A DNA stretch of 64,000 nt from an uncultured Chloroflexia bacterium (lineage in GTDB: Bacteria > Chloroflexota > Limnocylindria > QHBO01), in the NCBI GenBank assembly GCA_963827475.1, contig CAWHAZ010000005.1:96001-160000 (forward strand). Reading direction: 5' to 3'. The notes under the pieces are model-generated. The model worked only from the letters and a program-made list of their open reading frames with translations, searched no databases and was not told the origin of the DNA. Positions 1 to 11,884 of the stretch are shown piece by piece (position 1 is the stretch's first letter; every line of letters starts with the position of its first letter). Both the position numbers and the translations under genes were made by a program.

Positions 1-1
1 C

Positions 2-316
2 GCGGACTTCCCCCATCCGCAGTCCTACCTCGAACCTCCATGGGCGTGCGGTGGGTGGGGCAACGCATCGGGATACTGCAACCCAGAGCTGGATCGGCTG
101 CTGGCCGAAGCCGCCACGACCGTCGATGAAGCGGAACAGCTGGACCTCTACGGCCAGGCCCAACGCGTCCTCGTCGGAGACGATGCCCACATCTTCGTCC
201 AATGGCGGGGTGCCTTCGCGCTCGTGGCCCCGCGGGTCGACGGTCTGGTGGTCACCCCGTTCGATTCGCTGTACGGGCTCATGTTCCCGGAGCAGATCCG
301 CATCGTGGCTGACTAG
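2..316 (+). CDS. ABC transporter substrate-binding protein, family 5 (C-terminal part, truncated by window edge)
   Basis: Manual translation of frame 2 gives ADFPHPQSYL...NASGYCNPELDRLLAEAATTVDEAEQLDLYGQAQRVL, a typical OppA/DppA-like C-terminus; TAG at 314-316. Confidence 0.75.
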   Translation, partial: ADFPHPQSYLEPPWACGGWGNASGYCNPELDRLLAEAATTVDEAEQLDLYGQAQRVLVGDDAHIFVQWRGAFALVAPRVDGLVVTPFDSLYGLMFPEQIRIVAD

Positions 317-2335
317 GGCGGACCAGCCGGCGCGTCGCTGATTCGAGTCCGGATGCGGTCGGCGGCGACCTCGTCGCCGAGCTTGTTCGCGGCGCGCAGG
401 GCGCGCAGCCACAACCGTCCCGCCTCGTCGGTGGCGCCCAGCTGGGCGGCTCGCTCCGCTCCACGCTCGAGGTAGGCGAGCGCTTTCGGCAAGTCGTTGG
501 CCCGCGCGTAGTGATGGCCGAGCTCCTCGAGATGGGCCTCGACGTCCGCGCCGTCCTGCGACTCGAAGGCGCGCGCCGCCGCCAGGTGGAGCTCGGCCCG
601 GCGCGCATCGGTCAGCGTGCTGAGCACCGCTTCCAGGATCAGGCCGTGACGGAAGGCGTATGCCGGATTCGGGAAGCGGCCGCGCTCGACGATCACGCCC
701 GCCCGGACGAGAGCATCAATTGACGCGTCCAGCGAGCCGTCCTCGCCGGTCATTCGCTCGAGAGTGGGACGGCTGAACTCGCGACCCAGGATCCCAGCGG
801 CCTGGGCGACGGACCGCACCTCCGGGGCGAGGTAGTCGATGCGGGCCACCAGCAGGCCCTCCAGCGCCGGCGGCAGGACGTTGCGGGGCACGCTCAGCGT
901 CCACGCCTGGTGATCCGCGGCAAGGGCGCCGGTCTCGCGGAGCCGGGCGATCAGCTCCTCGAGGAACAGGGGATTCCCTTCGCTCACCTCGCCCAGCGTC
1001 CGGCGGGTGCCAGGATCCAGGCTCTCCCCCGGCAACAGGAGGGCCACCAGCTCCTCGGTGGCGCCTGCGCTGAGCGGCTCGAGGTCGATGGTGGTCAGCC
1101 GGTGGCTGAAGTCGCTCAGGGCTCGCGTTCGGAGCTCCCAGCCGCGGGTGCCCGGGTCGGGCCGCAGGGTCAGGATGAGACCGATGGGCGCTCGATCGGT
1201 GAGGGACATGACGTCGCCGGCCAGCTCAGCGGAGGAGTCGTCGGCCCAGTTCACGTCTTCGATCGCCACCCAGGTCGGCGACTCGGCGGCAACCCGGCGC
1301 AGCCACTCGACGTAGGCGGCACGCAGGCGGGCGGCGATGTCGGCCGGCGCGAGGTCCGTCAGGTCGCCGTCGCCCTCCGGGTCCAGCCGGATCCCGAGCA
1401 AGCGTGCGAGCTCCGGCAGATATCGGGCGCCGTCGTCGCCCATCCGCGCCCGGAGACGGGTGCGGAGCGCGAGGTCCGACCCGCCATCGGCACCGAGCCA
1501 CGCCGCGCAGGATCTCGACGAAGGGGCCGTACGCCGATCGCGCGCCGAACGACCGGCTGTGACCCTCGAGCCAGGTGACTTGCGGGCCGGCCCGCTCCCG
1601 CGCTTCCGCCAGCAGGCGTGTCTTGCCAATCCCCGCTTCCCCGACCAGCAGCACGACCTGGCCCTGCCCGCTGGCGAGCCGGTCCAGGGCGGTGTCCAGG
1701 CGGCCCAGCTCCGCCGCGCGCCCAACCAGCGGCCGCGTGTCGGCGATCTCGGTGACCGTCGCCGGGCCGACGAGCCGCCAGGTGCCCACCGGTTCGGCCC
1801 GGCCCTTGACCTCAACCTCCCCGAGGGGTTCGGTCAGGAACTTCCCGCCCAGGCGGCGCGCAGTCTCCTCACCGACCACGATCGTCCCGGGAGCGGCCCG
1901 GGACTCGAGCCGGGCGGCGACGTTGGTGGCGTCGCCGAGGGCCACGACCTGCGGGTCGTCGGCACCGACCAGGCCGACCCCGGCCCGGCCGCTGTTGATC
2001 CCGACCCGCACGCCGAGCTCGGAAATGCCCCACGCCGCTTCGACCTCGCGGCCGTAGGCGCCCATCAGCTCGACGATGCGCAGGCCCGCCCGCGCCGCCC
2101 GCTCCGGGTCGTCCTCGTGGGCGGTCGGCACGCCGAAGTAGGCACAGATCCCATCGCCCTGGTAGGCCTGCACCGTGCCGCCGTACTCCTCGACGGCGCG
2201 ACTCATCCGCGTCACGCACTCGCCGATGAGGGCCTTCACCTCGTCCGGGGCCAGCCGCTCGCCCAGCCCGGTCGAGCCGGAGATGTCGGCGAAGAGGGCG
2301 GTGATGGGGCGCAGCTCGTCGGGGTGACCCGCCAT
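313..2335 (-). CDS. Class III adenylate/guanylate cyclase fused to AAA ATPase and TPR domains (frameshift near 1500)
   Basis: ALFADISGST, QGDG and GDATNVAARLE cyclase motifs; Walker A GEAGIGKT in ORF 1226..2335; continues in ORF 313..1815 with IEDVNWAD, EGNPLFLEEL and YAFRHGLI. Confidence 0.85.
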
Positions 2336-2345
2336 AGCGCGGATG

Positions 2346-3315
2346 CTAGTGACTTGCGCTGGCCGCCGGAACCTCCGCGAGGATGGACCGATACATCTCG
2401 GGGTCGATGTTCCCGCCGCTGAGGACGATCACGCGCTGGCCACCGGACGCGCCCGCCGCCCCGGTGAGGTGGGCGGCCATGCTGGCCGCGCCCGAGGGCT
2501 CGACGACGAGGCGAGCGCGGAGCGTGAGCTGCCGGATCGCGTCGCGCATCTGGTCGTCGGTCACCGTCACGATCTCATCCACGAGGGCCTGGATGTGGGC
2601 CCACGGGAGGTCGCCGATTCGGTTCACCCGCAGCCCGTCGGCGATGGTCTTGTGGGTCCGCTCGGTCGGCCACGTCCGGATCTCGCCGGCCGCGAGCGAC
2701 TCCCGGGCGTCAGCCGCCTCTTCCGGCTCCACGCCGATGATCCGCGCGGCGGGAACGAGCGCCTTCACCGCGGCCGCAATCCCGCTGATCAGCCCTCCAC
2801 CGCTGACCGGGACGATGACCTCGGTCACGTCCGGCAGATCCTCGACGATCTCGAGGCCGCAGGTCCCCTGGCCGGCGATGATCTCCGGGTCGTCGTACGG
2901 CGGGACGAGGGTCAGGCGCCGCTCGACGGCCATCTCCTCGGCCAGCGCCCGCCGCGCGTCGTTGCCGGGAGCGGCGAGGATGAGCTCGGCACCGTCGGCC
3001 CGGACGCGGTCGACCTTGAGCGACGGCGCGTCCTCGGGCATGACGATGACCGCCTGGATCCCGAGCAGCCGGGCGGCGCGGGCCACGCGCCTGGGCGTGG
3101 TTTCCGCTGGAGTAGGTGATGACCCCGGCGGCCCGTTCCGCATCGGTCAGGGTCGAGAGGCGGAAGTAGGCGCCCCGCATCTTGAATGCGCCCACTGGCT
3201 GGAGGCTCTCGGGCTTGAGCCATACGCCGTCGTCCCAGGGCAGCAGCGGCGTCCGCACCGCGACACCTCGAATCACGTCGGCTGCGTCCCGGATCCGGTC
3301 GAGCGTCACGAGCAC
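2346..3315 (-). CDS. PLP-dependent threonine/serine dehydratase (frameshift near 3095)
   Basis: [54 protein letters not shown] and LSGGNID across ORFs 2710..3315 and 2346..3143. Confidence 0.9.
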
Positions 3316-3355
3316 GACCCGATGCTAGCCCGTCGCGGCAACGCAGCCCTCTACC

Positions 3356-3958
3356 ATGAGCGGACGAATGAGCAGGCGACAGCTGGCCCACGGTCGCGGG
3401 GATGGTGCTGGCGCTCGCCGCGCTCGCCGTGCTCACGCTGGCTGCATGCACGCAGAGTCGCTGCTCTCCAGCGGTTCACCGGTCCCGACGTCCGGGACCG
3501 GTACCGCCGCAGCCTGCGAACCGATCCGGCTGACCTCGCCACAGGGCGAGCCCGTGGACCTCACCGGGACGTGGGACGGTGGCGTCTTCCTGCACCATGT
3601 CCGCCAGGTCGGCGACTGCGTGTCGTGGATCGGCTACGCCCGGTGGCCGGGCACCGAGCCGGGTGACCTGGCCACCATCACGTTCTTCGGGCGCATCGCC
3701 GCCGATTTCAGCGTCGCCGGGACGTGGACCACGATCGTCCGTCCAAATGCTGTGGACGCCTACTACCCACCGTCGCCCGACGGGCCAGTCAGGTTCCTGA
3801 TCGAGTTCGATCCGGAGCTCGGGACGGTGTCCGAGCTGGTTCTCACCGGCTACGACCCGGGCCTCATCTCGTTGGAGTTTCCGATTCCGTATCCATCCCA
3901 GGTGCTGCGGTGGGTCGGACCGCTGCCGGAGTCCGCCAACCCGCCGCAGCAGCGGTAG
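3356..3958 (+). CDS. Lipoprotein of an unrecognised paralogous family, copy 1
   Basis: CEPIRLTSPQGEPVDLTGTW...VRQVGDCV...GRIAADFSVAG...VRFLIEFD; the signal peptide/lipobox (VLALAALAVLTLAAC) reads in a shifted frame at about 3390-3450. Confidence 0.75.
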   Translation: MSGRMSRRQLAHGRGDGAGARRARRAHAGCMHAESLLSSGSPVPTSGTGTAAACEPIRLTSPQGEPVDLTGTWDGGVFLHHVRQVGDCVSWIGYARWPGTEPGDLATITFFGRIAADFSVAGTWTTIVRPNAVDAYYPPSPDGPVRFLIEFDPELGTVSELVLTGYDPGLISLEFPIPYPSQVLRWVGPLPESANPPQQR

Positions 3959-3973
3959 TCGCTTCGCAAGCGC

Positions 3974-5102
<1,129 letters not shown>

Positions 5103-5170
5103 GAGACCGATGGTACGCCGTCCGTCCACGGTCTTCCGCCGGCGAGGCGGCTCCCGTATCCTCCGCCGCA

Positions 5171-5736
5171 ATGCGCCCACGGCCCGAGGTGCCCAACTTC
5201 TGCTTGGCGCTGCGCTGCTCGGCGCCTGCCTGCCCTCAACCCCGTCGTCGCCGTCCGCCGAGCCGTCGCCCAGCGTCTCGGCTTCGGCGGTGGGAGGTTA
5301 CCGCCCGGCTGCGAGCCGATCGGAGCTGCGGGCGCCAAGCGGGGAGCGCATCGACCTGAACGGGACGTGGTTCGAGGACGCCGAGGGCGAGCCGATGACC
5401 TGGCGGATCAAGACCCAGGGGAGCTGCGTCTGGGGGGTCGGCATCGTGGAGAGCGTTCCGTACGAGGAAGCCAGCGACGTCGGGAAACATCCAGACGTTC
5501 CGGGGTCAGATCGGAACGCGACTTCGTCATCGACGGCGAGATCGTGCTCATGGGTCCGGATGTGAACTTCTTCAGGCCGCCGATCTATCTCCCGGTCCGA
5601 TTCCTCATCGAGTTCGACGACAGCGGGCAGGTCAGCCTTCTGGAGGACCGTGAGCCCGGCGTGCCCGGGCCTCGATGCGTCGACCCCGCGAACGCCTGCC
5701 TGCGGCCGCTCGTCCTGCGGCCAGAGCGACGAGTAG
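5171..5736 (+). CDS. Lipoprotein family copy 2 (several frameshifts)
   Basis: LLLGAALLGAC lipobox; ELRAPSGERIDLNGTW...MTWRIKTQGSCVWG; DFVIDGEI...VRFLIEFDDSG...EDREPGVPGPRCVDPANACLRPLVLRP, pieced together across frames. Confidence 0.7.
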
Positions 5737-5745
5737 ATCTGACCG

Positions 5746-6319
5746 ATGCGCGAGCGGCTGTCCGCCTTCTTCCGCTGCTGCCGTCCTTATCCTGGTGTGG
5801 GGCTGCTCGCCGCCGACCTCGCCCTCGCCATCGGTCCGACCTTCTGCGAGCCCATCCGATGCCGCCGTGAGCGGCCTGCCGCCCGGCTGCGCGCCACACG
5901 AAGTGCGCGGCCCGGACGGGGAACGCATCGACCTCGATGGGACGTGGGTCGAAGAGGTTGGCGAGGACGAGGCGCCAATGACGTGGTGGATCCGGACGCA
6001 GGGAGACTGCGTGTGGGGTGCGGGCACCGTGGATGACGTTCCGACCGCCGGCGCGTCGGTTCCGGACACCGTGCAGACCATCCGCGGTCGTCTCGGGTCG
6101 GACCTGATCATCGATGGGGAGATTCTGCGGTTAGGCCCATACGCACCTCCGACGCCGCCCGCGCGATCTACTCCCCGATACGCCTCAAGGTCGACTTCGA
6201 CGACGACGGCCAGGTCGTCCTGCGCGAGGATCGCGTCTACGGCGCCGCAGGCCCGCGCTGCGGGGACCCGGTGTTCTTCTGCATCCCCGTCCTTGTCCTG
6301 CGGCCGGCCGGAGGAATAG
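5746..6319 (+). CDS. Lipoprotein family copy 3 (frameshifts)
   Basis: VLILVWGC lipobox; GLPPGCAPHEVRGPDGERIDLDGTW...MTWWIRTQGDCVWGAG...GRLGSDLIIDGEI; TAG at 6317-6319. Confidence 0.75.
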
Positions 6320-6327
6320 ACAGACCG

Positions 6328-6898
6328 ATGCGCGCGCGGCTCGCCTCCCGCTTTCGCTGCTGCTCCTCGTCCTTGGTGTGGGGCTGCACGCCGTCGACGT
6401 CGCCTTCGCCTCGGTCCAGCCATCGGTCAGTCCCTCGGAGGCAGCGGTGAGCGGCCTGCCGCCCGGCTGCGAACCGATCGACCTGCGCGGCCCCAACGGG
6501 GACCGCATCGTCCTGGACGGGGAGTGGGTCGAGGTCGGCGACCCGGATCGAGAACCGCTCATGACGTGGTGGATTGCATCGCAGGGGGACTGCGTGTGGG
6601 GCGCCGGTCAGACGCCGGAAGTCAGGAATGAGTACCCGTCGGGTCCGGACCAGGTCCAGAGCCTCAGCGGTCGGATCGGGTCTGACTTCGTGATCACCGG
6701 CGAGATCCTCGTGCTGGGGCCCACGCCGGGCGCGCCGGGCGCCCCGGCCCGTTACGCGCCGCTGCGGATGCTCATCGATCTCGAGGACGGATGAGATCCT
6801 CCTGCGCGAAGACCGCGAACCCGACGAGGTCGGGCCTCGTTGTCCGGGTACCTTCAGCTACTGCGCGGCACAGCTCGTCCTGCGGCGGGCCAGACTGA
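6328..6898 (+). CDS. Lipoprotein family copy 4 (frameshifts)
   Basis: VWGCTPS lipobox; GLPPGCEPIDLRGPNGDRIVLDGEW...MTWWIASQGDCVWGAG...SGRIGSDFVITGEI; TGA overlaps the next ATG (TGATG). Confidence 0.75.
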
Positions 6899-7461
6899 TG
6901 CGCGTCGGATTCCGCCCGGCGCTCGGGGTCGCGCTGCTGCTCCTCGTCTGTGGCTGCACGCCGTCGACGTCACCGTCGGCATCGGTCGTGCCATCCGCGA
7001 GCCCCTCCGAAGTCGCCGTGGGTGCCCTCCCGCCCGGCTGTGAGCCGATGGACCTGCGCGACGCGAACGGTGAGCGCATCGAGTTGGACGGGACCTGGAC
7101 CGAGGCGAGCGGAGGAAACCAGATGACCTGGTGGCTTCGCACGGAGGGGGACTGCGTTTGGGGTTCGGGTCACGTGGCCGACATAGCGGCACCCGGCGCC
7201 CCGGCGGCGGCTCCTCACACCGTGCAGAGTCTGAGCGGACGGGTCGGGGGGGACTTCGTCATCACCGGTGGAATTCTGTTCCTGGGCCCGCGCCCGCTTG
7301 GCAACCTGCCCCCGTACTCCCCTCTGCGGATGCTTCTCCAGTTCGACGACGCGGGCGGACTCGTCCTCAGGGAAGACCGCGAACCTGGCGCGGTCGGGCC
7401 CCGGTGCCCGGAACCGACGGCGTACTGCCCGGCACCGCTCGTCCTGGAGCGGGCGGACTAG
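6898..7461 (+). CDS. Lipoprotein family copy 5 (intact, 187 aa)
   Basis: ALLLLVCGC lipobox, Ser/Pro linker, LPPGCEPMDLRDANGERIELDGTW...EGDCVWG...REDREPGAVGPRCPEPTAYCPAPLVL. Confidence 0.85.
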   Translation: MRVGFRPALGVALLLLVCGCTPSTSPSASVVPSASPSEVAVGALPPGCEPMDLRDANGERIELDGTWTEASGGNQMTWWLRTEGDCVWGSGHVADIAAPGAPAAAPHTVQSLSGRVGGDFVITGGILFLGPRPLGNLPPYSPLRMLLQFDDAGGLVLREDREPGAVGPRCPEPTAYCPAPLVLERAD

Positions 7462-7487
7462 GTCGCCGGCTTCGGTATCCTGCGTCC

Positions 7488-7748
7488 ATGATCTTCATCG
7501 CCATCATCATCATCGGCCTCGTGGCCGGCTACCTCGCCAACCGGGTCGTCGGCAAGGGGCGGGGCTACAGTCCGCTCGAGCTGCTGCTCGTCGGCCTCGC
7601 CGGCTCGGTCGTGGGCGGCACCCTGTTCAGCCTGCTGGCGGGGGAGGGCTTCGACCTGCGCCTCGGTGGATTCATCGGTGCGACGATTGGCGCCATCCTG
7701 CTCCTGGCAGTGTACGGACCGATACGGTCGCGAATGGGTTCGGCCTAG
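7488..7748 (+). CDS. GlsB/YeaQ/YmgE family (transglycosylase-associated) small membrane protein
   Basis: IIIIGLVAGYLANRVV...LLVGLAGSVVGG...GATIGAILLL; TATCCT lies 6 nt before the ATG. Confidence 0.85.
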   Translation: MIFIAIIIIGLVAGYLANRVVGKGRGYSPLELLLVGLAGSVVGGTLFSLLAGEGFDLRLGGFIGATIGAILLLAVYGPIRSRMGSA

Positions 7749-8480
7749 TCGATCTCCGCGCCCAGCGCGACGTCGATCATCCGCTCGACGGCGGCCGACA
7801 GCTCCTCGGTGCTCAGGTAGGTGTGCTCCTGGTTCTCCTCGCCGGAGTCGATGTCGACCGCCACGCCCGAGGCAGGCCGCCTGGACCCTCTTCACCGCGG
7901 CGAGATAGAACAGCACGCTGGCTTCCATCTCCACGCAGAGGACTCCGGCGTCCCGCCACGGAGCCACGAAATTCGAGTCGCCGTGGTAGTGCGAGAAGAC
8001 GTCGATGCTCGCGATCGGCCCGACATGGTGGGGCGCGCCCAGCTTCTCCGCTGAATGGACCAGGGCATGGGTCAGGGCGAAGTCCGCCGCCGGGGCGTAG
8101 GGCTTGCCGCCCATGAAGGTGGCCACCGTGCCGTCGACCGGGGTGGCGGAGGTGGCGATGATGATGTCCCCCAGGCCGATGTCGGCGCTCAGCGCCCCGG
8201 TCGTCCCGACCCGGACCAACTGTCGTCCACCGAGCCGGATGAGCTCCTCGGCCACGACACCGATGGACGGGCCGCCCATGCCGGTGGTCTGGACGCTCAC
8301 CGCGCGGCCGTTCACCGTCCCGGTGTAGCCCAACAGCCCGCGGTGCTCGTTCACCACGCGAGCGGCTTCCAGTCCGCCGTCGAAGCGGGCGGCGATGGTC
8401 GTCGCCCGGCCCGGATCACCGGGCAGCAGCACGAACGGGGCGTAGTCGCCGGGCTCGGCGTGGAGGTGGATCTGCGGCAC
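7745..8480 (-). CDS. deoD: Purine nucleoside phosphorylase, DeoD type (frameshift near 7870)
   Basis: VLLPGDPGRA, RGLLGYTG, TTGMGGPS, RVGTTGAL and CVEMEAS; C-terminus ...ERMIDVALGAEID* in the shifted frame. Confidence 0.85.
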
Positions 8481-8522
8481 GGATACAGCCTAGCCGGTCG
8501 GGGGCTCGGCTAGCATGCCGAG

Positions 8523-9341
8523 GTGAATCGGTATACCGATGAGCTCGAGTTCGCGGTGCGCCTGGCCCGCGCGGCAGGGACCCTGATCCTCGAGTCGTAC
8601 GGGCGGGTGGGTCGCGTGCGGCACAAGAGCCGGCGCGACGTCGTGACCGAGGTCGACTACAGGTCCGAGGCGCTGATCGCCAAGCGCATCAAGCGCCGCT
8701 TCCCCGAGGACGGGATCCTGGCCGAGGAGGCCGGCGCGGACCGGGTCGGCGGCCCAGACGGGGCGCGGCGCTGGTGGGCCATCGACCCGTTGGACGGGAC
8801 GGTGAATTACGCGAACGGGATCCCGTACTTCTGCGTGTCGGTCGCGCTCATCGATGACCTCGTGCCGGCGCTCGGTGTCGTCTTCGACCCGCTCCGCGGC
8901 GACCTGTACACCGCCACCGCCAACGGCCCGGCCCGCCTCAACGGGGCGCTGGCCAAGGCCTCGACCAAGGAGTCGCTTCAGGACTGCGTGGTCAGCCTCG
9001 CCATCCTCGGCCGGGGCGGCCTGTCGCGGGAGCGGAAGATCGCGCCGGAGATCCGCATCCATCGCCGGATGGGAAGCGCCGCGTTGTCACTGGCATCGGT
9101 CGGCGCGGGGCGGTTCGACGCCTTCATCCAGAACGGCGGCCTGTCGCGGTGGGACGTGGCGGCCGCCGGCCTGATCGCGGAACGGGGCGGCGCGACGGTC
9201 ACGAACCTGGCCGGCGGGCCGTGGTGGCAGCCCAAGCGCGAAGGACCGGTCATGAACGTGATCGCGGCCCCGGAGCGGCATCACGCCGAGATCCTCCGCC
9301 TGCTCCGAGAAGCAGGGACACGGGTCAGGACCCGTCGCTGA
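8523..9341 (+). CDS. suhB: Inositol monophosphatase family protein
   Basis: DVVTEVD, ILAEE, WAIDPLDGTVNY, RRMGSAAL and WDVAAAGLI. Confidence 0.88.
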   Translation: MNRYTDELEFAVRLARAAGTLILESYGRVGRVRHKSRRDVVTEVDYRSEALIAKRIKRRFPEDGILAEEAGADRVGGPDGARRWWAIDPLDGTVNYANGIPYFCVSVALIDDLVPALGVVFDPLRGDLYTATANGPARLNGALAKASTKESLQDCVVSLAILGRGGLSRERKIAPEIRIHRRMGSAALSLASVGAGRFDAFIQNGGLSRWDVAAAGLIAERGGATVTNLAGGPWWQPKREGPVMNVIAAPERHHAEILRLLREAGTRVRTRR

Positions 9342-9346
9342 CGCGC

Positions 9347-9928
9347 ATGAACACATCCCGGGCGCGATGGACGACCGCCCTGGCGATCCTGGTCGCCGTC
9401 ATGGGCTGCCAGCCGGCCACTGCTGGCCCCTCGTCCACGACTCCACTACCCTCCGCATCGCCGCGGAGCGGTGTCGGCCTGCCGCCCGACTGCCAGCGGA
9501 TCGACCTCCGCGATCCGGACGGGGCGCGGGTCGACCTCACCGGCGAGTGGGAGGCGACAGCCGCCCTTGCCGCGCCCGAAGAGCAGGTCTGGCTGCAGCA
9601 GATCGGAGACTGCCTCTACGGATCGGTCTTCGGCGTCTATCGTCCCGGCTCGGATGCCGCCGAGACTTTCGTGGTCGACCTCGGAGGTCCTCTTTCGACC
9701 GCTTTCACGATTGACATCGAGGTCGTGTTCGTCTACCAGGACGCGGCCTTCGAATTCGCGCCGTACAGCACGATGAGGATGATCATCGAATGGGATTCCG
9801 AGGGGCGCCTCCGCCTCCGCGAGGACCGCGACCTTAATGAGCGCGCCGGCAGGTGCGCCGCACAGGCCCAGCTGGACTGCCCGCCGCCCGTCATCTGGTA
9901 TCGCGCAGGCGAGGGCCCGCTGCCGTAG
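9347..9928 (+). CDS. Lipoprotein family copy 6 (intact)
   Basis: ALAILVAVMGC lipobox; GLPPDCQRIDLRDPDGARVDLTGEW...WLQQIGDCLYG...MIIEWD...LREDR...GRC...DCPPPV. Confidence 0.85.
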   Translation: MNTSRARWTTALAILVAVMGCQPATAGPSSTTPLPSASPRSGVGLPPDCQRIDLRDPDGARVDLTGEWEATAALAAPEEQVWLQQIGDCLYGSVFGVYRPGSDAAETFVVDLGGPLSTAFTIDIEVVFVYQDAAFEFAPYSTMRMIIEWDSEGRLRLREDRDLNERAGRCAAQAQLDCPPPVIWYRAGEGPLP

Positions 9929-9937
9929 GCAACCGGG

Positions 9938-10613
9938 TCACGCCCTCGACGATAGGGCCGAGCCCAGCATCGCCAAGGTCCGCGCCGTCGCTCCCCACAC
10001 GCGGTGGCCGGCCCAGCGGTAGACCCCTGTCCGCAGGACGACGCCCGGCAGCGTGATCTCCTCCTCGGTGATCCCGTCCTCGGCGAGGAGCCGATCGAGC
10101 GGCAACTCGACCAGCTCGGCTACTTCCTCTGAGCTGGGCGGCGAGGATCGGTCGCTCGTCGGCGACGGCCACGATCGGGACCAGCTCGAAGTTCGAGACC
10201 GGGATCCAGATCGGGTCGAGGCGGCCGACGACGCGAACCGCGGCAGGTGCCAGGCCGATCTCCTCGTGCGCCTCGCGCAGCGCCGTGTCCTCCAGGCTCG
10301 CGTCGCCCGGATCCACGGCTCCACCCGGCAGGCTGACCTCCCCGGCGTGAGCAGGCAGCGCGTCATGACGGACGGTGAGCGGGATGACCAGCTCCCCGTC
10401 GGCGGGGTAGATGAGCAGGAGAGTGGCCGCGGCGCGGGCGGTCGGGAAGCGGGACCGATCGAACCGCTGCCGGTCCTCCTCGGCCAGGGCCGGGTCGGGC
10501 ACCGCCCGCCGGGGCATGAGCCGCGGGTCCACCGGGATCGGTCGCGGCACGGCGGCCAGCGCATCGGCCACCCACCCCTGCCAGTCTCCGTCAGCCCGTA
10601 AGATGGCCGCCAT
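9938..10613 (-). CDS. Nudix CoA pyrophosphatase (frameshift near 10135; start uncertain)
   Basis: LTVR...HAGEVSLPGG...TALREAHEEIGL Nudix box; EEVAELVELPL...VWGATARTL. Confidence 0.88.
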
Positions 10614-11049
10614 GACCTCCGCTCCGCGCAGCCGCGACGAGTCAACCCGCGCCGCGCTGCGCCAGACGCGCATTGTGGCCAACCGGGTCGGCTTCAGCAG
10701 CGGGACGCGCAAGGAAGTGAACCGGGCGCTCGACACGCTCGAGGTGCAGCTCGGTCGCAACCAGGTGAACGCCATCGAGACGGCCCGTGCCCTCGAGCTC
10801 CTGAACCGCGCCCACCCGTCCCTGCTGTTCGGCCTCCTCCGCGACCGAGCGGTGGCCGAGCGCTACGCGGCCGCGCTCCGCGAGCTGGGGCTCCGCGGCG
10901 TCGGGCAGCGACTGGACGAGGTCCCGCACTCGGTCATGGCCGAGCCGATCCCTGGACCCACCGGCGGACGGCGCCACCGCGACGAGCTGCCGGCCGAGGA
11001 GCGGGTGGATGCCACCGGCCAGCTCCTGCCTCCGCCCCGCGCTCCCTAG
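10612..11049 (+). CDS. Hypothetical protein
   Basis: GC-type codon bias and a helical-looking sequence (MTSAPRSRDES...LLPPPRAP); fills the gap between neighbouring genes. Confidence 0.65.
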   Translation: MTSAPRSRDESTRAALRQTRIVANRVGFSSGTRKEVNRALDTLEVQLGRNQVNAIETARALELLNRAHPSLLFGLLRDRAVAERYAAALRELGLRGVGQRLDEVPHSVMAEPIPGPTGGRRHRDELPAEERVDATGQLLPPPRAP

Positions 11050-11884
11050 ACCCACGCGCTCCCCGGCCCTGCGCTCCCGCGTCCGCGGCGAGGGCGCCGA
11101 CCAGGGCCGCCTCGGTCGCCACCGAACCCACGCCCAGCCGCTCCGCGATGACCGCCGCCGCCGGCGGCTCGAGACCGGTCCCGCGTAGCGTCTCCCACGC
11201 CGACGCCCCAAAGACCTCGTTCGGCGGTCCGTCGAGGACCACCCGACCGGCGCGGAGCGCGACCACCCGACCGAAGGTCTCGGCCACGAACCGCAGGTCG
11301 TGGCTGATGGCGATCACGGTCCGGCCTTCCCCGGCCACCCGCGTCACGATGTCGCGGATGCGGGCCACGCCGGCCCGGTCCTGCCCGGTGGTCGGCTCGT
11401 CGAGGACGAGGATCGGTGTCCGCATGGCGAGGACGGAGGCCACGGCCAGCAGCTTCCGCCGCGCGGCGCCGAGGTCGTACGGATTCGTCGCCTCCTCGCC
11501 CTCCAGCCCAACGGCGGTCAGGGCGCCGGCCACCCCCTCGTCGAGGGCCGCACCCCGCAGGCCGACGTTGCGCGGCCCGAACTCCACTTCCTTGCGCACG
11601 GAGCCGGCGAAGATTTGGCGGTCCGGGTCCTGGAAGACGAGGCCCACCTGGGCCGCCAATCCCGCGACCCGCAGTCCGGACGCGTCGACCCCGTCGACCA
11701 GCACCCGACCCGAGGTGGGGCGGAGCAGCCCGTTCAGGTGACGAACGAGGGTCGTCTTGCCCGACCCGTTCTGCCCGACGAGGGCGACGGTCTCGCCTGG
11801 ACCGATCTGCAGGCTCACGCCGTCCAGGGCCCGAACCCCGCTCGGGTAGACGTGGGCCAGGTCCTCGAGGGTGAGCTCGATCAC
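11046..11884 (-). CDS. ECF transporter ATPase component (3' end ambiguous)
   Basis: GQNGSGKTT, GLVFQDPDRQIF, VLDEPTTGQD and ISHDL. Confidence 0.9.

Noticed and set aside
5171-7461. CRISPR array, integron cassette array or DGR target
   Set aside because: The repeats are whole coding units; no short repeat-spacer pattern, attC hairpins, integrase or reverse transcriptase was seen
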